From: Octopus sinensis | Taxonomy: Eukaryota | Reading direction: 5' to 3' | Assembly: GCF_006345805.1 (NCBI RefSeq) | Contig: NC_042997.1 | Coordinates: 35,774,001 to 35,838,000, forward strand | Length of the DNA stretch: 64,000 nucleotides | In this document: positions 53,997 through 64,000 of the stretch, one piece after another | Position numbering within the stretch: the first letter of the stretch is position 1 | Layout: each line of letters starts with the position of its first letter | Translations under genes and position numbers: made by a program | The notes under the pieces: model-generated | Databases searched by the model: none | The model's input: only the letters and a program-made list of their open reading frames with translations | Told to the model about the DNA's origin: nothing

Positions 53997-54383
53997 TTTG
54001 TGTGTGTTTACATACGAAAGTCGTCCGTGTTACACAGAATACAAATGATGTCGAAAATTAATGGGTTTGAAAAGAAGTATTACACATTCAACAGCTGTTT
54101 CTGAGGACTGAGTAGTCCAAAGGAATGATTGTTAATTGATTCCATTGTAGGATCAGAGGACACTCCGTCTTTGATTAGAATAGACTTCCATCTTTGAACT
54201 TCTATCCTTCAACATCTCATACTTAGTTTGAAGTAGGACGACCATCCCACCCTACGACAGATTCCACCTATAAACATTATTTTGGAACACGGAGCCCCAG
54301 AAACAGCTGTTTGATTTTCTTCAACCCCATTAATTTTCTATCATAAAAATATATAACGTTTACCTCGGACCATTTTCGTATGT

Positions 54384-54395
<12 letters not shown>
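53997..54395. repeat. Interrupted inverted repeat (~400-bp fold-back)
   Basis: Paired blocks: GTGTGTTTACATACGAAA (54002-19 / 54374-91), GAAAATTAATGGGTTTGAA (54053-71 / 54320-38), AACAGCTGTTTCTG (54090-103 / 54298-311). Confidence 0.85.
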
Positions 54396-54430
<35 letters not shown>

Positions 54431-54516
54431 AACACATGTACACGCACACATATTGTATTATTTAATATGCTTTAATATCTTGTTCTAACTTGCTTATTCT
54501 TACATTTACTTTATAT

Positions 54517-54549
<33 letters not shown>

Positions 54550-54682
54550 TATATATAAAAACATAAATACATACATTCATACATATATATATATATACAT
54601 AAATACATACATATATTCATATATATATATATATGTGTGTGTGTGTGTATATATATACACACATATATATATATACACACAC

Positions 54683-54719
<37 letters not shown>

Positions 54720-55398
54720 CATATATACATTTATATATATATTCATATAGATATACATGTATGTATGTATGCAAGTATATATATATGTATGTATCCATGT
54801 ATTTATGTATGTATTTGCATATGGCTGTTAAATGTCAATGTCTATAACGTTTTATGAAATAAAATAATAGGAAATTGTAGAAGAGATGCAGTTTTAGTCT
54901 GTATATATTTTTAGCTGTGAATGTTTGTTTATGTGGTCGTGTGCGAGTGTGTGTAGGTCTGCGCGCTTGCATGTTACTTGATATCTGGCTATGTCTACAT
55001 ATGTTCGAATGACCTATATATATATACGTAGATTATATACAAATATAAATGCGGTATGACTGAACATCTATTGCCTGTAATATGTAATTTTATAGATGTC
55101 TTTGGTTAATAGCGCAGGTCAATTAAATCGATGGCCAACTAACATCTGTTGTTTGGTGTCACAATATACACGACCCCACTTCTGGAAAATAGGTCGGGAA
55201 AATGGAGACATTTCAGAAAAGAAAAAAGAGAAAGGAGTAAATGTCATGTTTTTTTTTTGTTTTAGGACATTTTGTGTGTCTGTGTTTGTTTATGTGTTTG
55301 GGCATGTGTGTGTGATTGTGTTTGTGTGTGTGAGAGCGTTTGTGCATGTGTGTGTATGTCCTTCTCAATCTATCTATCTATCTATCTGTCTGTCTATC

Positions 55399-55475
<77 letters not shown>

Positions 55476-55894
55476 CATATATACATATACATATGAATTT
55501 ATATTCCCACGCACACACGCACACACACACACAAACACACATACACACACATATATATATACAGAGTGACAGATAGAATTGGAAGAATAGAGAGGTGAAT
55601 GTCTGAGCGTAAGACTTTGTGTGGCCGCGGTGATAGTGGGGCGTGTTTGCGTGTGAGACCATATACATATATATACATACATACATACACAGACACACAC
55701 ACGCACACACACACACTCACACACACCCACACATATATATGCGACTGGTGATATATATTAAATATTATGGAAAGTTGGGATAAAACATCTGCCGTGAATT
55801 ACATTGCTTGTTTATTCTCTTAGGAAAATATATTGATAAAGTTTGTTGTAATTTCATATACAATTAGTAGCTCTTGTTCTCTTTCTTATTCCTT

Positions 55895-55895
<1 letters not shown>

Positions 55896-55974
<79 letters not shown>

Positions 55975-56007
55975 GTAATAATAATAATAATGATAAAATA
56001 ATAATAA

Positions 56008-56039
<32 letters not shown>

Positions 56040-56040
56040 C

Positions 56041-56106
<66 letters not shown>

Positions 56107-56128
56107 CAGCAGCGGCAGCAGCAGCAGT
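55896..56128. repeat. Compound microsatellite (TAC)n-(AAT)n-(TAG)n-(GCA)n
   Basis: Direct reading. Confidence 0.95.
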
Positions 56129-56530
56129 GATGACCACAGTATCACAAATGGTATTAGCTGTATAGGGCTGCAGTAATACATTTCTAACATAGATATATGG
56201 CCTAAAACTTAAGAACGTAAAACTTCCTAAGAAAAAACCGTAACGAATTTTATTCGAATCTCTAAATATTCAAACAAGTCCCCATTTGTTCTTATCATAT
56301 GCATGCTCCAGAAATTAGTGGGCAAATTTTAGTCATCTAAATCAGGGCCAAAACTTCACTGGTATTTTATTTTATCGGCTAAGAAGAAATTGATGGGCTA
56401 ACTGATAACGTCCAGAATTCTACTAGTTTGAACAAATAAAACCAATGCATTTAGTGTATGTGTGTGTATGTATATGCATGTATGCATGTATATGTATATG
56501 CATATATGTATATGTATATATATTTGTGTG

Positions 56531-56934
56531 CTCTTTACCCTTTTACTCTTTTATTTGTTTCAGTCAGTTGACTGCGGTCATGCTGGTGCAGCGCCTTTAG
56601 TCGAGCAAATCGACCCCAGGACTTATTCTTTGGAAGCCTAATACCTATCCTATTTGTCTCTTTTACCGAACTGCTACGTTACGCGGACGTAAGCACACCA
56701 GCATCGGTTGTCAAGTGATGTTGAGGGAAAAACACAGACACACAAACATATACACACATACACATATATATACATATATGCGACGGGCTTTTTTCAGTTT
56801 CCGTCTACAAATCCACTCACAAGGCTTTGGTCGGATTGAGGCTATAGTAGAATACATTTACCCAAGGTTCCACGCAGGGGGAATGAACCCGGCACCATGT
56901 GGCTGGTAAGCAAGCTACTTACTACACAGCTACT
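56531..56934 (-). mobile_element. SINE family A (more diverged)
   Basis: Colinear with 45117-45527. Confidence 0.85.
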
Positions 56935-57007
56935 GTGTAATTTTAAATGAGTTGCAAACACTCCTGTGTGTATATATATATATATATATTTAATAATTTA
57001 AAAATAT

Positions 57008-57165
57008 TTTATTTGTTTCAGATATTTGACTGCGGCCATGCTGGAGCACTATCTTTAGTCGAACAAGTCGTCCCCAGAACTTATCCTTTGTAAGCCTAGT
57101 ACTTATTTTATCGATTCTTTTGCTGAAACGCTAAGTTACGGCACGTAAACACACTAGCATCGTTT
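57008..57165 (-). mobile_element. SINE family A 3' fragment
   Basis: TTGACTGCGGCCATGCTGGAGCAC..GTAAGCCTAGTACTTAT..CTAAGTTACGG. Confidence 0.75.
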
Positions 57166-57311
57166 GTCCTTTTTGTTTGTTTGTGCGCATGTGTGAGGAT
57201 TAGTATGTGCGTGTGTGTATATGTGCCTATACATGCATGCATGTTTGTGTATATATAAGGTCATGTGTGTTTCAGTCGTATGTGTGCTTGTGTATTCGTG
57301 TGCTATATATA

Positions 57312-57351
<40 letters not shown>

Positions 57352-57357
57352 TATATA

Positions 57358-57423
<66 letters not shown>

Positions 57424-57801
57424 CATACGCCCACCCACACGCACATACATACTTCTAACTACACACACACACACGTAAACACACTCACACACACATATTT
57501 ATATATACACCTACACACTCTCACATACATACCTACATCTATCTACATAATGGCCCACTAACTATTTTACTCGTGTAAACTGTGGGTATGGTATCTACTA
57601 TGTATACTTCCTATTTAGTATAGGGGAAGTTTCTTTTATGAGAACGTACTCCCGTACTAGTGTGAGTGTTCGGCCCTTTGGGTGCTTGGATAAGATGGGG
57701 ATATCAAGTTGACACAGGTTGCCTCCATGTTAGTCCTTGACAGGTTAGTAGAATATTGAGGACTGTTTCTTGTCGTCATATTGTCTCATATTGTATCTGG
57801 C

Positions 57802-57844
<43 letters not shown>

Positions 57845-57946
57845 TATAGTTAATCCAAACAAGAAAGCACAAAAAAACACGACAACGCGAGGACGTGGAA
57901 CAAATGTAGTATTATTGGACGCTCAGGAAAGAAGGAAAGAGGGAGG

Positions 57947-57981
57947 GTTTAACGTTTCGAGCGGAGCTCTTCGTCGGAAAC
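57947..57981 (-). ncRNA. Ultra-minimal hammerhead motif
   Basis: Minus strand GTTT-CCGACGA-AGAGC(TCC)GCTC-GAAAC-GTT-AAAC. Palindromic AACGTT in place of stem III; U4>C. Confidence 0.55.
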
Positions 57982-58793
57982 ATAGGAGAAGGAAAGATCC
58001 AGAGAAGGGAAGACAGAGGAAAAAAATCGCCAACGGCACACACGAGGTCATGTAGATAGATGCATGTGTGTGTGTGTGTGTTTGTTGGTGGGCGTATGAA
58101 TATATATATATATGTATATGCACATTTAGGTATGCATATGGATATGAAAACAAACAGATCAGCATACAAATTGATAGTTACATAAGTTATATAAAGAACA
58201 AGCACACATACGCAAATATAAACTGAAACATGTATACTCACACAGACACACTTCACTTCATACGAGGACACATATAGAGACACACGTCCACACATGTGGA
58301 GATGCATGTCCATACATACAAACACGGTACATAGTTGCAAAGCACACACACGCACTAAGACATGCACACACAAGGAGACAGAGGCACTCACACACATATA
58401 CAACACACTCACACACACATACATAAAAACACACAAACACGGACATGCAAATTCAAACACATGAATGAGCAAAATTCATACATACAAATGTAAACACATA
58501 AATGCAAATGCACACAGACATACATGCATACACGCACATGCTTTCATACACACATGCATTTCATATATACATGCACACACAAACACACTAATCCACACAC
58601 ATTCGCACAAGCAAACATGAAGGAAGGTAGTGCGAAGAACGGAAACAGTGAAAAACTATTGAAAAGTTTGCAAGACTCAACGAAAATTTTAGAAAAATAA
58701 ATCAGAAATAGGTGGAAATTTTACCGGTGAGTGTGACAAATTATAAGGCACCAAATGAGAATTACTCTCCCCAGAGATAACAGAATATATATA

Positions 58794-58856
<63 letters not shown>

Positions 58857-59505
58857 TGGGTGCATATTTGTGTAAACATGTGTGTGCACGTTAGTGTGCG
58901 AAAACATCGTGTGGACTTACCTAGCATATAAGTATATAGCGTCGTCTGTCTATACTGTTTGTAAATCCTCTACGTGTAACATTTCTTTTCTCAGTATATC
59001 TGCAGTACGTTAATCCATCCATCCAGGCTTTATCGTATATTCTACCAGATGCTTATAGATTTTCTTTCTCTCTTTATATATAATATATATATAGTTTTTG
59101 TTTTCGTCATACTTACATTTCTATTGTAGCTAAAAAAACGTTTTTCTAAAAAATGTTTTGATACGTCGAAATATTTTTTTCTTTTCTTTTGTAAAAGTCA
59201 TTTTTTTTAAAAATTCATTTTTATGCAGCTGTCAAATTTCACTTTTACTCAGGTATATTTATATAAGGAAAAGTCTCAAGAAAATGTAAAAAACCAAAAA
59301 AGTCCAAAGGAAAATACAAACGAAATCATTTCTTACCTAATCCGAAGTCATTTATTGTAGACAAGATCACAATGACTCAACTGCGATTTATGAATTATTC
59401 ATATGAATTATACTCGATATTCATTCGGTTCCGCTGATATTCATCTATCAGTGTACTTTTATGTATGTATACACACACGCAGGCATATACATACATACAT
59501 ACATA

Positions 59506-59558
<53 letters not shown>

Positions 59559-59583
59559 ATATATATATATATATAATGCGTGT

Positions 59584-59860
59584 GTGAAGGCGCAATGGCC
59601 CAGTGGTTAGGGCAAAGGACACGCGGTTGTAGGATCGCGGTTTCGATTCTCAGTCCGAGCTTTGTGAGTGTTCATTGAGCGAAAACACCTAAAGTTCCAC
59701 GAGGTCCCGCCACAACTTCTCTCACTCTTTCTTCTGTTGGCCTGCTCGCTTAGCCAGCGGGGTGGCGTCATTTAAAGGCTAAATCAATGCGAAGCTCATT
59801 GTGACCAGCGATGTGTAGCAACATCCGATAGCTTGGTCGGTCACGGTTATCACACTGATA
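59584..59860 (+). mobile_element. SINE with family C head and alternative 3' tail
   Basis: First ~120 nt match 63118 onward; the 3' part is unrelated to it. Confidence 0.85.
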
Positions 59861-60088
59861 TATATATATATATGTACACGCACACACATATGCACATATG
59901 TATATTCATTGGTGTCGCCGTGTGTAGACTCACCTGGGAAACTATATGCTATGTATTAAACAACAGCATATAGCACTTTGGTGCGTAAATGTATCTTATA
60001 TAATTGCGCTTTTTCATTATTTGCAAGACATTGCACACATTTGCTTTAATTTTCTCTGGAAAATATATTAAAAATTGCCCGATCTTAA

Positions 60089-60120
<32 letters not shown>

Positions 60121-60124
60121 ATAT

Positions 60125-60157
<33 letters not shown>

Positions 60158-60818
60158 GAGTGGCTGCATATTTGTGTAAACATGTGTGTGCACGTTAGTG
60201 TGCGAAAACATCGTGTGGACTTACCTAGCATATAAGTATATAGCGTCGTCTGTCTATACTGTTTGTAAATCCTCTCTACGTGTAACATTTTCTTTTCTCA
60301 GTATATCTGCAGTACGTTAATCCATCCATCCAGGCTTTATCGTATATTCTACCAGATGCTTATAGATTTTCTTTCTCTCTTTATATATAAATATATATAT
60401 AGTTTTTGTTTTCGTCATACTTACATTTCTATTGTAGCTAAAAAAACGTTTTTCTAAAAAATGTTTTTTGATACGTCGAAATATTTTTTTCTTTTCTTTT
60501 GTAAAAATCATTTTTTTTTTTTAATTCATTTTTATGCAGCTGTCAAATTTCACTTTTACTCAGGTATATTTATATAAGGAAAAGTCTCAAGAAAATGTAA
60601 AAACAAAAAAGTCCAAAGGAAAATACAAACGAAATCATTTCTTACCTAATCCGAAGTCATTTATTGTAGACAAGATCACAATGACTCAACTGCGATTTAT
60701 GAATTATTCATATGAATTATACTCGATATTCATTCGGGTCCGCTGATATTCATCTATCAGTGTACTTTTATGTATGTATACACACACGCAGGCATATACA
60801 TACATACATACACACACA

Positions 60819-60883
<65 letters not shown>

Positions 60884-60889
60884 GCGTGT

Positions 60890-61166
60890 GTGAAGGCGCA
60901 ATGGCCCAGTGGTTAGGGCAAAGGACACGCGGTTGTAGGATCGCGGTTTCGATTCCCAGTCCGAGCTTTGTGAGTGTTCATTGAGCGAAAACACCTAAAG
61001 TTCCACGAGGTCCCGCCACAACTTTCTCTCACTCTTTCTTCTGTTGGCCTGCTCGCTTAGCCAGCGGGGTGGCGTCATTTAAAGGCTAAATCAATGCGAA
61101 GCTCATTGTGACCAGCGATGTGTAGCAACATCCGATAGCTTGGTCGGTCACGGTTATCACACTGAT
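60890..61166 (+). mobile_element. Duplicate of the 59584-59860 SINE (within the tandem duplication)
   Basis: Near-identical sequence and flanks. Confidence 0.85.
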
Positions 61167-61390
61167 ATATATATATATATGTACACGCACACACATATGC
61201 ACATATGTATATTTATTGGTGTCGCCGTGTGTAGACTCACCTGGAAACTATATGCTATGTATTAAACAACAGCATATAGCACTTTGGTGCGTAAATGTAT
61301 CTTATATAATTGCGCTTTTTCATTATTTGCAAGACATTGCACACATTGCTTTAATTTTCTCTGGAAAATATATTTAAAATTGCCCGATCT

Positions 61391-61445
<55 letters not shown>

Positions 61446-61448
<3 letters not shown>

Positions 61449-61860
61449 AGAAAAAAGCAACAAGAATGGATTAGTTGTTCAGTACAATTGTTTCATACGA
61501 AGAACAGCTTTATTAAAAGCTGCAAATATTGCAGCAAATACAATGTCCCGTATTCATCAGCCAAAGCACATATGAGTTTTCCAAACATCCTAAGGGGTGA
61601 GGCTACACTCATGAAGTATCGAAGAGAGTTCTATGAAAAGCAAAGTTAGAGTGTAAGCAGACTTAAAATCCAACTTACAATCTAACTCTGCTTTTCATAG
61701 AACTCTCTTCGAAACTTCATGAGTGTAGCCTCATATGTGCTTTGGCTGATGAATACGGGACACTTGTATTTGCTGCAATATTTGCAGCTTTTAATAAAGC
61801 TGTTCTTCGTATGAAACAATTGTACTGAACAACTAATCCATTCTTGTTGCTTTTTCTTGT
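61446..61860. repeat. ~415-bp near-perfect palindrome (fold-back)
   Basis: 61446-61651 pairs with 61681-61860. The left arm carries 25 extra nt. Confidence 0.95.
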
Positions 61861-62479
61861 TTATAATCACCCCACATTATTTTATGGTTAATACCATAAA
61901 TATTTCTGCTGCATCTAAGTTAAGTACCACATTCATGTGAATTCATTGGAACTCACTTGAATCTTAATTTACTGAAATTATATATATATAATTATATATA
62001 TTTATATACATATTCATACAAACGTATACTAATGCATAGATAAGTATGCAAGTATTACGTATTACGAAAAACAACTGAGGACACACATTTCATCCAGATT
62101 CTCTAGCAATACGTAAGCCAGTAAACGAGATACGATATTTAAAATCATGTAGATATCTTGAATAGCATGTGTTGTTCTTTTTTCTTATATACGTACATGC
62201 ATACCTATATATATACATATACGCTTATTCTTTTACACATATACACATACGTATTAAGCCATACATACATGCATACAATTAAAGGGAGAACTCGCATGTA
62301 CACACACACACACACACAGACACATGTATATATATATATACGTTCATACAAACATATAAACTTACGTACATACGTTCATACATACACACATAATACATTA
62401 AATACATATATAAATAAATAAAGTATATTGCATTGTGTGTGTATGTATATATATATATATTATATTATTATATATATAT

Positions 62480-62547
62480 ATAGATAGATAGATAGATAGA
62501 TAGATATATAGATAGATAGATAGACAGATAGATAGATATATAGATAT

Positions 62548-62602
<55 letters not shown>

Positions 62603-62640
62603 TATAGATAGATAGATAGACAATAGATAGATATATAGAT

Positions 62641-62679
<39 letters not shown>

Positions 62680-62682
62680 TAG
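62480..62682. repeat. (GATA)n tetranucleotide tract
   Basis: Direct reading. Confidence 0.95.
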
Positions 62683-62859
62683 AAGAACAAAGAAATAACT
62701 AAAAATTAATTATTATCGTATCAACCGTAGCATAGAGCTGCTTCCGCTGTAGCGTTCGGTGAGTGTGTAACACTATATTGCTTCATCGGGGTTTCAAACA
62801 TGAAGTGTAGTTTATTTGGAAACACAATTGCATTTATGCACGTATGCGTTACCGCTATG

Positions 62860-63780
62860 AAAGCGTATAATTGGAGAATAAAACCTAAGGTCTCCTCCCA
62901 TAGTTACAATAAATTGTATGTTTGGCGAAATTTCGTGTGAACTTTGCAATTTGATCTTTTCGCAGATCGTCATGCTTCGAACGGTAACATTTATTCTCAA
63001 TAACTGCAGTGACTGTATGATGCGTTAAAAGGCCGCTACCCAGTATTCGTCAGATGAAGACGCGCTCTCCTACGACATAGCAATTACCCAATTCACACTG
63101 CCGATATTATAAAGCGCGTGGAGGCGCAATGGCCCAGTGGTTAGGGCAGCGGACTCGTGGTCATAGGATCGCGGTTTCGATTCCCAGACCGGGCGTTGTG
63201 AGTGTTTATTGAGCGAAAACACCTAAAAGTTCCACGAGGCTCCGGCAGGGGATGGTGGTGGTCCCTGCTGTACTCTTTCACCACAACTTTCTCTCACTCT
63301 TACTTCCTGTTTCTGCTGTACCTGTATTTCAAAGGGCCGGCCTTGTCACTCTCTCTGTCACGCTGAATATCCCCGAGAACTACGTTAAGGGTACACGTGT
63401 CTGTGGAGTGCACAGCTACTTACACGTTAATTTCACGAACAGGCTGTTCCGTTGATTCGGATCAACTGGAACCCTCATCGTCGTAACCGACGGAGTGCTT
63501 CCACATTATAAAGCGCAAACTTTAGGAACTTCTGGAGCTGGAAGTGCCTCCTCAGCTTTCCTACAGTCCATATCTTGAACAATTATAGCACACATTTTTC
63601 TAAGCCATGGCTTGTTTCAGGCACAGAAGACATTTCCATAACATAGACGAGGTTGAAAATTGGTTGAGGAAAATTTCTGCCTGTAATCTAGTCATGATAT
63701 AATCGTTAAATTGAGCTTCGGGCACATTGATGTCAACAAACAACAGAATATGATTGGATGTATTTACCTGAACAGATGTT
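62860..63780 (+). pseudogene. Degenerate mariner transposase 3' half, interrupted by a SINE
   Basis: Reads VWRNF..IYSQ*LQ*LYDALKGRYPVF..RALLRHSNYPIHTA before the SINE and ELLELEVPPQLSYSPYL..FHNIDEVENWLR after it, colinear with the mariner catalytic domain. Confidence 0.7.
63118..63504 (+). mobile_element. tRNA-derived SINE family C, full length with 12-bp TSD
   Basis: A box TGGCCCAGTGG and B box GGTTTCGATTCCC. TSD ATTATAAAGCGC at 63106-63117 and 63505-63516. Confidence 0.92.
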
Positions 63781-64000
63781 ATCCTTAAGAATTTGATTGA
63801 ATTGTTTGAATATAAATTAAGTCTTGACACAGGGAAAAACTTTTCTATGAACTTGGTATATATCAAGAGAAGAGAATGAGAATAAACCAAGAATATATCT
63901 CAGCTGGTAATTAGTATGCACACAAATATACGCACTTACACACACACACACTCACATACATAAACACACACTCTACACAGAAACCAATAAACACACAAGG

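Larger units (their letters stand above)
58851..61394. repeat. Direct tandem duplication of ~1.24-kb units (period ~1.3 kb) bounded by (TA)n
   Basis: 58851-60090 and 60156-61394 are nearly identical. Confidence 0.95.

Noticed and set aside
63118-63195. tRNA-like sequence (also 59584, 60890, 26821)
   Set aside because: These are SINE heads with downstream bodies and a TSD; there is no clean cloverleaf or poly-T terminator.

Overview
AT-rich, microsatellite-dense eukaryotic DNA in which I found no recognisable host protein-coding gene, so it is probably intergenic or deep intronic. The SINE set and repeat landscape resemble an octopus/cephalopod genome (inference). Most ORFs in the track are translations of (TA)n, (CA)n or (TAA)n tracts. 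The interpretable content is: (1) three mariner (DD34D) relics, one full length with TIRs and TA target duplication (28278-29560); (2) a cluster at about 30.5-41.3 kb of R4/Dong-clade non-LTR retrotransposons (RT + CCHC + restriction-like endonuclease) sitting in (TAA)n tracts, one with a nearly intact coding region, together with a ~555-bp non-coding element with the same (TAA)n association; (3) RTE-clade LINE relics; (4) several tRNA-derived SINE families; (5) a dispersed set of minimal type-I hammerhead ribozyme motifs, often next to (TA)n and to long fold-back repeats, resembling Penelope-like element or retrozyme remnants; (6) a 1.3-kb tandem duplication and a ~415-bp palindrome near the right end. 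All calls come from reading the sequence by eye; no searches were run.
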